Of a stretch of DNA of 56,873 nt, positions 18,702-28,224 are shown one piece after another; position 1 is the stretch's first letter, and each line of letters begins with the position of its first letter. The notes under the pieces are model-generated. The model was not told the DNA's origin. It worked only from the letters and a program-made list of their open reading frames with translations, and searched no databases. Position numbers and translations under genes: made by a program. The stretch spans positions 4,218 to 61,090 of the forward strand of contig VBLD01000118.1 of assembly GCA_005879205.1 (NCBI GenBank), in the 5' to 3' direction. Source of the stretch: Deltaproteobacteria bacterium. Its GTDB lineage: Bacteria > Desulfobacterota > Binatia > DP-6.

Positions 18702-19991
18702 ATGCCGGCTGCCGTGGTCACGGGCACCCAGTGGGGGGACGAGGGAAAGGGAAAGATCGTCGACCTGCTGGCGGAGGACGCCGACATCGTCGTCCGCTTT
18801 CACGGCGGCAACAACGCGGGCCACACCCTGGTCGTCGACAGCCAGAAGACGATCCTCAACCTGGTCCCCGCGGGTGTGCTCCATCCGGGGCGCATCTGCG
18901 TGATGGGTCCGGGCATGGTGATCGATCCCGAGGTGCTGGTGGGCGAGATCGACGCGCTGCGCCGCCGCGGCTATCTGGGCGACGACCGGTGGCTGCGCAT
19001 CAGCGAGCAGGCGCACCTCATCATGCCCTATCACCGGGCCATCGACCGGGCGCGCGAGCGCCTGCGCGGCCCGGGGAACATCGGTACGACCGGGCGCGGC
19101 ATCGGTCCCGCCTACGAGGACAAGATGGCGCGGACGGGCATCCGCGTCGGCGAGCTGTTCGACGAGCCCGGGTTCCGCGACGCGCTCGAGCGAAACCTCC
19201 GCGAGAAGAACGGCTATCTTCAGGCGCTTCTCGGCGAGCCGCCGCTCTCCTTCGACGACATCCACGAGCGCTACCGGGGATACCGCGAGCGGCTGCGGCC
19301 CTTCATCGCCGACACGACGGCCGAGCTCCGCGCGGCACTCGCGGCGGGCCGCCGCGTCCTCCTCGAGGGAGCCCAGGGCGCGTTGCTCGACGTCGACCAC
19401 GGCACGTACCCGTTCGTCACCTCTTCGAGCACGCTCGCGGGAGCGGCGTCGGCGGGTGCGGGCGTGCCGCCGCGCGCCATCGGGCGGGTGGTCGGCATCG
19501 CCAAGGCGTACACGACGCGCGTCGGCTCCGGGCCCTTTCCCACCGAGCTCGCCGACGCGCTCGGCGACCGGCTGCGTGCCGACGGCGACGAGTACGGCGC
19601 CACCACCGGCCGCCCGCGCCGCTGCGGCTGGTTCGACGCGGTGGTGGTGCGCCATGCGAGCGCGCTCTCGAGCGTCGACGGGCTCGCGCTCACCAAGCTG
19701 GACGTGCTCACCGGGATCGATCCGCTGCGCGTCTGCGTCGCACACGAGCTCGACGGTGAGCGCCGCGACTTCCCGCCCGCCACGCAGCGCGGCTGGGAGC
19801 GCGTCGTGCCGATCTACGAGGAGCTGCCGGGGTGGCGGGAGAGCCTCGGCGCGGTGCGATCGCTGACGCAGCTGCCGCCCAACGCCCGTCGGTACGTGGA
19901 TCGGCTCTCGGAGCTGGTCGGCGCGCCGATCCTCCTGCTGTCCGTCGGCCCGCAGCGGGAGCAGACGATCCGTCTGGGCGACGTGTTCTAG
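18702..19991 (+). CDS. purA: Adenylosuccinate synthetase
   Basis: VVTGTQWGDEGKGKIVD, GGNNAGHT, GTTGRGIGPAYEDK, TTGRPRRCGWFD. Confidence 0.95.
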   Translation: MPAAVVTGTQWGDEGKGKIVDLLAEDADIVVRFHGGNNAGHTLVVDSQKTILNLVPAGVLHPGRICVMGPGMVIDPEVLVGEIDALRRRGYLGDDRWLRISEQAHLIMPYHRAIDRARERLRGPGNIGTTGRGIGPAYEDKMARTGIRVGELFDEPGFRDALERNLREKNGYLQALLGEPPLSFDDIHERYRGYRERLRPFIADTTAELRAALAAGRRVLLEGAQGALLDVDHGTYPFVTSSSTLAGAASAGAGVPPRAIGRVVGIAKAYTTRVGSGPFPTELADALGDRLRADGDEYGATTGRPRRCGWFDAVVVRHASALSSVDGLALTKLDVLTGIDPLRVCVAHELDGERRDFPPATQRGWERVVPIYEELPGWRESLGAVRSLTQLPPNARRYVDRLSELVGAPILLLSVGPQREQTIRLGDVF

Positions 19992-20285
19992 CCGGCGGAG
20001 GACAGCGGCACCCTCAGGCGGCAGCCTGGATGTTGCGCGTGCTCTCGGACGCCGTCTTCGTGCCGCTTCGTGCGCGCCGGACGCGGGCCACTACGAGGGC
20101 GACGGCGATCCCGGCGAGCGCGGCGAGGAAGGGCGCCGCCGCCGAAGCGTAGGCTCCGTGGTCTGCGGCCGTTCATTTGGTTTGCGGTGCTGGCAAGCGG
20201 GGTTGGCGGCAGGCCGCCGTCGCGAGCCGCTTGACGGTCCGGAGGCACGGTGGCAGAAGCCCAGCTTCCCGGGAGGTCGACCGTC

Positions 20286-20744
20286 GTGAGGATTGCCATC
20301 GCCGCCGATCATGCCGGGTACCCGCTGAAGGCGGCCGTGGCCGCCGATCTGCGCGCGGGGGGCCACGAGGTGAGCGATCTCGGCACCGACGACCCGACCG
20401 TCCCGTCGGACTACCCCGACGTCGCCGAGCGCGTCTGCGAGGCGGTGCGCGCAGGCCGCGCCGAACGCGGGATCGCGCTCTGCGGCAGTGGCGTGGGCGT
20501 GAGCGTGGCGGCCAACAAGTTCCCCGGCATCCGGGCCGGGGTCTGCCACGACCACTATTCCGCCCACCAGGCGGTGGAGCACGACGACATGAACGTCCTC
20601 TGCATCGGCGCTCGCGTCATCGGGGAAGCGCTGGCGCGCGAGCTGGCGCAGGCCTTCGTCGACGCCCGCTTCACGGCCGAGGAGCGACACGCCCGGCGCG
20701 TGGGCAAGATCCGGGCGATCGAGCAGCGCTTCCTCAAGGCGTGA
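20286..20744 (+). CDS. rpiB: Ribose-5-phosphate isomerase B
   Basis: VRIAIAADHAGYPLK, GIALCGSGVGVSVAANK, NVLCIGARV. GGGAGG 9 nt upstream of GTG 20286; an alternative GTG is at 20250. Confidence 0.85.
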   Translation: MRIAIAADHAGYPLKAAVAADLRAGGHEVSDLGTDDPTVPSDYPDVAERVCEAVRAGRAERGIALCGSGVGVSVAANKFPGIRAGVCHDHYSAHQAVEHDDMNVLCIGARVIGEALARELAQAFVDARFTAEERHARRVGKIRAIEQRFLKA

Positions 20745-20751
20745 GGCGCCG

Positions 20752-22404
20752 CTAGCGCACGACCGCCGCGCCGCCGTCCTTGCGCGGATCGCCCGCCGCG
20801 GTGGGCTGTCCGCCGGGCGCGAGACCCGTGGCGGCGACGGAGCCGATCGCCGGCATCTCGATCACGCGATGCCCGAGCCGCTCGAGCACCCCGCGCGCCT
20901 GCGGCGCCACGCCCGCCTCGACGGCGAGCACGGGCGGTAGGGCCTGGTCGTGGATGCGCGGCGCAACGACGGCCGCCTCGAGCGGCTGTCCGAACGCCAC
21001 GACGCCGAGGACGACCTGCAGGATGCCGGAGATGATGGTGGGGCCGCCCGACCCGCCGACGACCAGAACCGGCCGTCGACGGCTGAAGACGACCGTGGGG
21101 GACATGCTCGACTGCGGGCGCTTGCGGGGCGCGAGCGCGTTGGCGGCGGAACCGACGAGGCCGAACGCGTTCGGCACGCCGGGCGCGAGGGCGAAGTCGT
21201 CCATCTCGTTGTTCAGGACGATCCCGGTGCCCGGGACCAGGATGCCGGCACCGAATGCCGTGTTGATCGTCGTCGTGATGGCGGCCGCATTGCCGGCCGC
21301 GTCGACCACGGAGACGTGTGCGGTCCCGTGTTCGGGGGCGAGCTCGGCGCGCGGCTCGACCACACGCACGGCGCTCAGTCCCGCGCGCAGGCGGCCGAGC
21401 CGCGGCGGCGCGAGGAGCGTGGCGAGCGACACCGGCGCGAAGGCGGGGTCGCCGTACCATCTCGCCCGGTCCGCGAAACCCTGCGCCATGGCGCCGGCGA
21501 GGAGGTGGAGGAGGGTCGGGCTTCCGGCGCCGAGCGCGGCCAGGTCGTCGTGCGCGAGGATGCCGAGCATCTCGAGCAGCACGCCGCCCGATCCGGGAGG
21601 CGGGAAGGTGACGACCCGGTGTCCGCGGAAGGTCCCGGCGAGAGGCCGCCGCCACACCGGCCGGTAGCGGGCGAGGTCGGCGGCCGTGAGGACCCCGCCG
21701 CGCGCGTGAACGGCGTCGGCGATCGCCGCGGCCACCGATCCATGGGTCAGCGCTCGGGCACCGCGGCGGCCGAGACGCTCGAGGCTCGAGGCGAGGTCGG
21801 GCTGCCGGATGCGGAAGTCGGCCGGGGGCGACGCCCCGTCGGGGCCGAGGAAGACGGCGCGCAGCCCCGCGTCGGCGCGCAGCAAGTCCTGACTGCGCTC
21901 GATCTCACGACGCAGGTGCGGCGCCTCGGCGAGCGGGAAGCCGTCGGCGGCCAGCCGGATCGCCGGCTCGAGTACCCGGGCGAGGGGGAGGCGGCCGAAG
22001 CGGTGGTGGAGCGTCGCGAGGCCTCGGGCCTCGCCCGGCACGCCGACCGCGAGACCGCCCGAGCGCGCCAGGGCCTCCTCGGGCCTACCGTCCTTGAAGA
22101 AGAGCTCCGCCTTCGCTGCGGCCGGTGCCTCCTCGCGGTAGTCGAGCGCGACGTCCTGTCCGTCGGCACGATGCACGAGCGCGAAGCCGCCGCCGCCGAG
22201 ACCGCACGAGGAGGCGTGCACGACGCAGACGGCGGCCGCCGCGGCGACCGCGGCGTCGACCACCGTGCCGCCGACGCGCAGCATCTCCGCGCCGGCCGCC
22301 GCGGCCAGGCGGTGTTCGGTGGCAACCGCCCCGCCGCCGGCCTGCGCGCCGGAGGCAGCGCCGAGCAGGGCGCCAACGGCGAGGACACCGAGCGCGCGCG
22401 ACAC
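20752..22404 (-). CDS. ggt: Gamma-glutamyltranspeptidase
   Basis: GTG 22404 followed by a signal-like VSRALGVLAVGALLGAASGAQA. GGGGFAL, the nucleophile block GTAHVSVVDAAGNAAAITTTINTAFG, PRKRPQSSMSPT, GGSGGPTII. The upstream part of ORF 20752-23382 is antisense shadow of the argA-like gene. Confidence 0.85.
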   Translation of the reverse strand: MSRALGVLAVGALLGAASGAQAGGGAVATEHRLAAAAGAEMLRVGGTVVDAAVAAAAAVCVVHASSCGLGGGGFALVHRADGQDVALDYREEAPAAAKAELFFKDGRPEEALARSGGLAVGVPGEARGLATLHHRFGRLPLARVLEPAIRLAADGFPLAEAPHLRREIERSQDLLRADAGLRAVFLGPDGASPPADFRIRQPDLASSLERLGRRGARALTHGSVAAAIADAVHARGGVLTAADLARYRPVWRRPLAGTFRGHRVVTFPPPGSGGVLLEMLGILAHDDLAALGAGSPTLLHLLAGAMAQGFADRARWYGDPAFAPVSLATLLAPPRLGRLRAGLSAVRVVEPRAELAPEHGTAHVSVVDAAGNAAAITTTINTAFGAGILVPGTGIVLNNEMDDFALAPGVPNAFGLVGSAANALAPRKRPQSSMSPTVVFSRRRPVLVVGGSGGPTIISGILQVVLGVVAFGQPLEAAVVAPRIHDQALPPVLAVEAGVAPQARGVLERLGHRVIEMPAIGSVAATGLAPGGQPTAAGDPRKDGGAAVVR

Positions 22405-22491
22405 GAGCGGCGACTTACCCTCTCGCGACGTGGTGAGGCAACCGCCCGCCGTCCTTGCCGCGGCGGCTTCGTGTGCTAGGGTCGCGCTGCG

Positions 22492-23673
22492 ATGTCGCGC
22501 GCGCCCGGCGGGGACCCCTTCGAGGAGAAGGATTTCTACCTCGAGGAATTTCGCGGCCGGAGCGTCCTCTTCGCGCTCGCTCCCGCGGTGACGGACGCCG
22601 ACCTCGCCTCGCTCGCCGGCGCCGTCGCCGACCTCGTGCGGAACGACACTCGCGTGTTCCTCTGGTGGCCCGCCGCCGAGCGCCGGCTCCTGGCCGCGCT
22701 GCGTCGCAGCCGCGCGTTGCCCCGGCCACGCAAGGACCGGCGGCTGCCGGTCCCGGTCGTGCGGCTCGACGCGGCCGATGCCGAGGTCTCCCCCGAAGCG
22801 TTGCGCGCTGCGCTCTGGCTCGCGGCGCGGCGGACGCGGCTCTGCGTGCTCGTCGTCCCGCCTTCCGCGAGCTTTCCGCGCGACGCGGTGGAGCTGGCCG
22901 TCGGGCTCCGCGTCCCGAAGCTCGTGCTGGTCGACGCGCAGGGCGGGCTCGACGTCGGCGCGCGACGGCTGTCGTTCGTCGACGAGAACCTCCTCGACAC
23001 GCTGCTGCGACGGGGCGAGGCCGAGTGGTCGGGGCTCGGCGAGCGCCGCGCGCTCCTGGGGCAGGTGGGCGCCGCCCTCGCCGGCGGTGTCGAGTCGGTC
23101 AACCTCTGCACCCCGGAGGGCGTCGCCGAGGAGCTCTTCACCTACGTTGGTTCGGGGACGCTCTTCACGCAGGGTGACTACTGTCACGTGGCGCCCCTTG
23201 CGCTCGACGACTTCGCGCAGGCCGAGCGGCTGAACGAGCGCGGACGACGCGAGGGACTCTTGAAGCCGCGGACGCCGGAGGAGATGGCGGAGCTGCTGGC
23301 GTCGGGCTTCGGGGCGACGGTCTGCGGCCGCCACCTCGCCGGGGTCGCCGGCCTGCTGACGGCGCCCTACGCCGAGGCGCACGCGGGCGAGATCGTCGGC
23401 CTGTACACGATCACGCGATTCAAGGGCGAAGGGATCGGCGGGCGGCTGGTGAACCGGCTGCTCGCGGAGGCCGAGAGCCGGGGGCTCGAGTACGTGTTCG
23501 CGTGCGCGGTCGACCGGCGCGCCCAGCAGTTCTTCGAACGGCTCGGCTTCGAGCGCGTGAGCGCCGACGCCGTCCCCGCCGCCAAGTGGGTGGGATACGA
23601 TCGTCGACGCCGAGCCCGCGTGGCGGTCTTCCGGCGCCGCCTGGCGGCTCGGGCGGCCGTCGCAGAGGGCTGA
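22492..23673 (+). CDS. N-acetylglutamate synthase-like protein (degenerate amino-acid-kinase domain + GNAT)
   Basis: VNLCTPEGVAEELFTYVGSGTLF (end of the AAK-like domain). GNAT block IVGLYTITRFKGEGIGGRLVNRLLAEAESRGLEYVFA...FFERLGF. Confidence 0.65.
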   Translation: MSRAPGGDPFEEKDFYLEEFRGRSVLFALAPAVTDADLASLAGAVADLVRNDTRVFLWWPAAERRLLAALRRSRALPRPRKDRRLPVPVVRLDAADAEVSPEALRAALWLAARRTRLCVLVVPPSASFPRDAVELAVGLRVPKLVLVDAQGGLDVGARRLSFVDENLLDTLLRRGEAEWSGLGERRALLGQVGAALAGGVESVNLCTPEGVAEELFTYVGSGTLFTQGDYCHVAPLALDDFAQAERLNERGRREGLLKPRTPEEMAELLASGFGATVCGRHLAGVAGLLTAPYAEAHAGEIVGLYTITRFKGEGIGGRLVNRLLAEAESRGLEYVFACAVDRRAQQFFERLGFERVSADAVPAAKWVGYDRRRRARVAVFRRRLAARAAVAEG

Positions 23674-23945
23674 TGGCCACGTTCCTGCGCGGCCTCGGGG
23701 TGCTCGTTCTGGTCCTGGGCCTCGCCACGGCGGCCGTGGCCGGCTGGCTGCTCGTGGGCGACGCGCACTTCCAGGAGGTCGCGGCGGCCTACGGCCGGCA
23801 TCCCGAGCATGCGCTCTTCCAGGCGGAGTACTGGGCGGCGGCCCTGCGGCACTACGGTCTCCTCGCCGCCCTGGTGGCAGGACTGCTCGGGGGTCTCAGC
23901 CTGGGCGGGATCCTGCTCGCCCTCGGCCAGCTCCTGCGCCGGTAG
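23673..23945 (+). CDS. Small membrane protein (2 TM helices), hypothetical
   Basis: ATG overlaps the upstream TGA. MATFLRGLGVLVLVLGLATAAVAGWLLV ... GLLAALVAGLLGGLSLGGILLALG. High third-position G/C. Confidence 0.5.
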   Translation: MATFLRGLGVLVLVLGLATAAVAGWLLVGDAHFQEVAAAYGRHPEHALFQAEYWAAALRHYGLLAALVAGLLGGLSLGGILLALGQLLRR

Positions 23946-24041
23946 GGCGCGAGGGGCTATTCCAGTTCTGCGTCCGAGCCGGATGGACCACGCCACGGGT
24001 CCAACCGGCTCGTCGCAGCTGTCCGGGGAGGCCCGACGGCC

Positions 24042-24368
24042 TCAGGCGCCGGGGCGCTTGAAGAGGCTCTGCATCTTCATCGCGAGCCCCATGTCGCCCG
24101 AGATCTTGAGCTTGCCACTCATGAAGGCCATCTGGCCGTTCAGCTTGCCCATGATCATGTCGACGTAGTCCTGCGACGCCATCGAGAGCGTCATGTTGGG
24201 CGACGAGGCCGTGCCTTCCTGCACCTGGCATGTGCCGTCCTTGATGACGACGTGCCACTGGCCGCCGTTGTCGCCACTCAGATTGAACTGGATGGTCGAG
24301 TTCATGCCCTTCGCCGCGTCGGCGTTCAGGTTCTTGGGCATCTCGGCAAAGATCTCCTTGGGCGTCAT
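24042..24368 (-). CDS. SCP2 (sterol-carrier-protein-2) domain protein
   Basis: 108 aa. IQFNLSGDNGGQWHVVIKDGTCQV...MTLSMASQDYVDMIMGKLNGQMAFMSGKLKISGDMGLAMKMQSLF is the classic SCP2 pattern. AGAGGAGGAG SD. Confidence 0.85.
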   Translation of the reverse strand: MTPKEIFAEMPKNLNADAAKGMNSTIQFNLSGDNGGQWHVVIKDGTCQVQEGTASSPNMTLSMASQDYVDMIMGKLNGQMAFMSGKLKISGDMGLAMKMQSLFKRPGA

Positions 24369-24523
24369 GCAGACTCCTCCTCTGGGGGGCTGGGGTTGGA
24401 CGGTTTCCTAGGGCATCGAGCGTGGCGTTGTCAAGAACGACCGCCGTGCGGATAGTGAAGCGCGCTCGCGACGTTGTGCTCGGCGCTCGAACCCCATGCG
24501 TTGAACCTTTACCACGCCCGCGC

Positions 24524-25273
24524 TCAGCCCCCGAGGCGCTCGAGGAGCCCCCGGGCGAGCGCGGGGCCGCGGCCGCTCTCCTCGTGCTTGAAGTAGGCGT
24601 AGATTCGCTTCCACCCGCGCGCCTCCCGCACGCGGGCCGCCCAGGCGTCGAGGTCGGCGTCCGCGTAGTCCGCGCGGCGCAGGCGCAGATAGCCGAAGGG
24701 CGCCGTCGCCACGAAGGGGGTGGTGAGCGCCTCGCCGTCCGCGATGCAGAGCGCGGCGTGGTGCCGGGAGAGGACCGCGTAGGTCTCGTCGCGGAACCAG
24801 CTCGCATCACGGAACTCGAATGCCGGGCTCACGCCGGGCGGCAGCTGCTCGAGAAAGACCGCGAGCCGCTCGACGTCGAAGCGGAGGTAGGGCGGGAGCT
24901 GGAAGAGCAGGGGCCCGAGCTTCTGGCCGAGCGTTGCGGCGAGCTGGCAGAAGCGCTGGACCGGCTCGCCCGCGTCGCGGAGCCGCAGCTGGTGGGTGAT
25001 GCGCTGCGGCGCCTTCAGCGCGAAGCGAAAACCCGCGGGCGTCTGCCGGCCCCAGCCGGTGAGGAGCTCCGGCTTCGGGAAGCGCTGGAAGGTGTAGTTG
25101 ATCTCCACCGTGCCGAGCTGCCGTGCGTAGAACCCGAGCATCTCGCGCGCGGAGAGCTCCTCGGGGTAGAAGGTGCCGCGCCACGCGGGGTAGCTGAAGC
25201 CCGAGGTGCCGACGAGCACGTGGGAGAGGCGCGTCGGCTCGGTGCGCCGTGCGCGCTGCGCGACAGGCGTCAT
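24524..25273 (-). CDS. DUF72 (YecE/UPF0759) family protein
   Basis: VGTSGFSYPAWRGTFYP, YARQLGTVEINYTFQR, FRFALKAPQRITH, LLFQLPP, EFRDASW, YLRL, YAYFKHE. Its ATG overlaps the stop of the MerR-TPR gene (ATGA). Confidence 0.8.
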   Translation of the reverse strand: MTPVAQRARRTEPTRLSHVLVGTSGFSYPAWRGTFYPEELSAREMLGFYARQLGTVEINYTFQRFPKPELLTGWGRQTPAGFRFALKAPQRITHQLRLRDAGEPVQRFCQLAATLGQKLGPLLFQLPPYLRFDVERLAVFLEQLPPGVSPAFEFRDASWFRDETYAVLSRHHAALCIADGEALTTPFVATAPFGYLRLRRADYADADLDAWAARVREARGWKRIYAYFKHEESGRGPALARGLLERLGG

Positions 25274-26124
25274 CGACGCGGGACGAGACGGCGGTAGATC
25301 GCCAGGTGCTTGACGGCGTCGCGCTGCCGCCCGGCGCGCTCGTAGAGCAATGCGAGGTTGTAGTGCGCGTCGGCGAGCCCCGGGTCGACACGGACGGCCC
25401 GCTCGTAGCAGCCGATCGCGTCGTCGCAACGTTCGGTGTCCTCGAGCAGCACCCCCAGGTTGTACCATGCGAGCCCGCTGGTGGGGTCGTACCGCACGGC
25501 GTCCCGGTAGTGGGCTTCCGCGCCCGTGACGTTCCCCTCGGCGTGCAGGAGGCGCCCGAGGTTGATGCGCGCCACGACGTGGGCGGGGTCCAGGTCGAGC
25601 GCGTGATGATAGGCGGCGCGGGCTTCGAGCGGCGACGAGGCCTCGATCTCCATCGCCAGGTCGCACCACTGCTCGGCGCTCAGCTGCGGCAGCGACGGCG
25701 CGGCCGTTGCGGGCAGATGGGCCAGCTTCGTCGCGCGCGCCACCACGCGACTGCTGTCGAAGTTGAAGAGGAACTGCCCCGACTCGGGCTGCCAGCGGGT
25801 GTCTCCGTCCCAGGCGACCACGCGCTTGCCGTCGGTGAAGATGCTGAGGCGGGTGAGCGGCCGGCCGCCGATCTGCCGGCGGAGGGATTCGAGGACGCGA
25901 CGGATCTGCCGTACGGGGACGCGCTCCTCGAGCAGACCGCGCGTGGTGCGCAGCAGGATCAGGTCGACGAAGTCGAAGTGCAGCCGCCCGCGGCCGTCGC
26001 GCGCGGGAGCGACCAGCCCGGCGTGCACGCAGCGCCGGAGCCGTGCGGGCGGCAGCCCGACGATGCGCGCCGCCTGCGCCGTGTCGAAGTGGGCGCGAGC
26101 GTCGCCGACGCGCCGCGCGCCCAC
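25270..26124 (-). CDS. MerR-type HTH protein fused to TPR repeats
   Basis: N-terminus FDTAQAARIVGLPPARLRRCVHAGLVAP...HFDFVDLILLRTTRGLLEERVPVRQIRRVLESL. C-terminus has 3-4 TPR units (AYHHALDLDP, HYRDAVRYDP, CYERAVRVDP). GTG start directly abuts the ku stop. Confidence 0.7.
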   Translation of the reverse strand: MGARRVGDARAHFDTAQAARIVGLPPARLRRCVHAGLVAPARDGRGRLHFDFVDLILLRTTRGLLEERVPVRQIRRVLESLRRQIGGRPLTRLSIFTDGKRVVAWDGDTRWQPESGQFLFNFDSSRVVARATKLAHLPATAAPSLPQLSAEQWCDLAMEIEASSPLEARAAYHHALDLDPAHVVARINLGRLLHAEGNVTGAEAHYRDAVRYDPTSGLAWYNLGVLLEDTERCDDAIGCYERAVRVDPGLADAHYNLALLYERAGRQRDAVKHLAIYRRLVPRR

Positions 26125-27015
26125 CTACTTCTTGTGCGCGCGCCTGGCTGGCGCGGGCGCCTCGCGCCGCTGTACGGCGGCGGCGGGTCGGCGCTTCGCG
26201 GCCCGCGCGGCTCCCGCCATCTCTCGCTCCTCGCCGCCCGCCTTCCGCCCGGCGAGGCTCTTCTTCAGCGCCTCCATGAGGTCGATCACCTCGGCGCGCT
26301 CGGGGGCCGGGGCCGCGATCGTCACCTCCTCGCCCGCCACCTTCTTCTCGACCACCTCCGTCAGCCGATCGCGGTACTCGTCGCGGTACCTGTCGGGACG
26401 GAATTCCGTCGACGAGAGTTGGTCGACGAGCCGCCGCGCAAGCTCGATCTCCGAATCGCGCAGCTGCACCACGCCGTCGGTGCGGATGTCCGCGAAGCTA
26501 CGCACCTCGTCGGCGTAGTACATCTCGTGCATGACGAGCCCGCCGTCGTAGGCACGGATCAGCACGAGGCGCTCCTTGCCGTGGCTCACGTGCTGCGCGA
26601 GCGCCACCTTGCTCTCGTCGCGCATCGCCTCGGCGAGCAGACGGTAAGCCTTCTCGCCGCCCTTGTCGGGTCCGAGGTAGTGCACGCCCTCGAAGTAGAT
26701 CGGGTCGACCCGCTCCAGGGGCACGAACTCGTGGATGTCGATGGTCGGGCTGGCCGCCGCCTCGATCGCCTTCAGCTCGGCGTCGGTGAAGGTCACGTAG
26801 CGATCGCGCGCGAACTGATAGCCCTTGACGAGCTCGTTGCGCTCCACGACCGTCTCGTCGTGGGGGCAGAAGACCTGCTGGCGGATGCGCGTACCGCACT
26901 TCTCGTGCAGGAGGTTGAAGGACACCTGCTGCGACTGGGTGGCGACGTAGACCCGTACGGGGATCGAGACGAGGCCGAAGCTGATCGTCCCCGACGCGAT
27001 CGAGCGTGCTGCCAT
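26125..27015 (-). CDS. ku: Non-homologous end-joining protein Ku
   Basis: MAARSIASGTISFGLVSIPVRVY, VKGYQF, YFEGVHYLGPDKGGEKAYRLL, and a basic C-terminal tail. GGAGG 5 nt upstream of ATG 27015. Confidence 0.9.
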   Translation of the reverse strand: MAARSIASGTISFGLVSIPVRVYVATQSQQVSFNLLHEKCGTRIRQQVFCPHDETVVERNELVKGYQFARDRYVTFTDAELKAIEAAASPTIDIHEFVPLERVDPIYFEGVHYLGPDKGGEKAYRLLAEAMRDESKVALAQHVSHGKERLVLIRAYDGGLVMHEMYYADEVRSFADIRTDGVVQLRDSEIELARRLVDQLSSTEFRPDRYRDEYRDRLTEVVEKKVAGEEVTIAAPAPERAEVIDLMEALKKSLAGRKAGGEEREMAGAARAAKRRPAAAVQRREAPAPARRAHKK

Positions 27016-27085
27016 GGAGGCCTCCTCTGGAAACAAGAAAGCGCACGGCCCGGGGTCGTGTCAAACCCGGGGCTCCGGCCGTCCG

Positions 27086-27591
<506 letters not shown>

Positions 27592-28224
27592 CTACCGCGC
27601 GTGGGCCTTCTTGCGCCGCGAGGTCTGACGCGCGACCGTCTTCCGTGCCCCGCGCGCCGTCTTCCGCGCCGTCGCCTTCCGCGCCGTCGTCGTCCGCCGC
27701 TTGCGTGCAGTCGCTCGTGCGGGCGCCGCGCGGGTGGCGCCGAGTTCCTTCTTCCGGGCCTGCATCCGCCGCCCGAGTGCGCCCCGCACCACCTCCGACA
27801 GGAGCTGCTCCAGCCGGGGCAGCATGTCGTTCTCTTCCTCGCTCACGTGGTGCTGCACGTCCTGTTCGAGCGCCCCCATCCGGTCGTCGACGTCCTGATC
27901 GGCGGGGTGCTGCTCGGCAGGGTGCTGGCGAAGCCAGACCACGTGCTCCTTCACGCGCGCGTGCTCGCGAAGCGACTCCTCGACCAGCTTCTGTACGTCG
28001 GCGTCCTCCGTGATCCGCGCCGCAGGATAGAGGATCTCTTCCTCGATCCGGGTATGGACGTCGAGCTCGCGGCAGATGCTCTCCACGGCCGAGTTCCGCT
28101 GCCGCGGCGGAACGCTGCCGGTCACCCTCCGCACCAGGCCGGTCAGGCCGCCGCCACCCTTGAAGCGGGCGAAGAGCGCCTCGACGCGGCGGTGGTCCTT
28201 CTTGATGAGTTCGATGGCGTCCAT
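27592..28224 (-). CDS. Hemerythrin (HHE cation-binding) domain protein with basic Ala/Arg/Lys-rich tail
   Basis: MDAIELIKKDHRRVEALF, HTRIEEEILYP, HVSEEENDMLP, then ~60 aa of ARKxxTARK-type repeats. GGGGAGGG SD before ATG 28224. Confidence 0.8.
   Translation of the reverse strand: MDAIELIKKDHRRVEALFARFKGGGGLTGLVRRVTGSVPPRQRNSAVESICRELDVHTRIEEEILYPAARITEDADVQKLVEESLREHARVKEHVVWLRQHPAEQHPADQDVDDRMGALEQDVQHHVSEEENDMLPRLEQLLSEVVRGALGRRMQARKKELGATRAAPARATARKRRTTTARKATARKTARGARKTVARQTSRRKKAHAR

Noticed and set aside
22405-23382. N-terminal extension of the gamma-glutamyltranspeptidase ORF (listed as 876 aa).
   Set aside because: The extension is antisense to the N-acetylglutamate-synthase-like gene and has shadow composition. 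GGT similarity begins at the signal peptide after GTG 22404.
23946-24041. GAGGCC-CGAC-GGCCTC hairpin between the convergent small membrane-protein gene and the SCP2 gene, considered as a bidirectional terminator.
   Set aside because: 6-bp stem with no flanking U/A tracts; it overlaps the SCP2 stop region. Insufficient evidence.
27049-27071. CCCGGG-N11-CCCGGG hairpin between tusA and ku, considered as a terminator.
   Set aside because: The stem is only 6 bp with a large loop, and the T-rich stretch (CTTTCTTGTTT) is 8 nt away and interrupted. Too weak to call.
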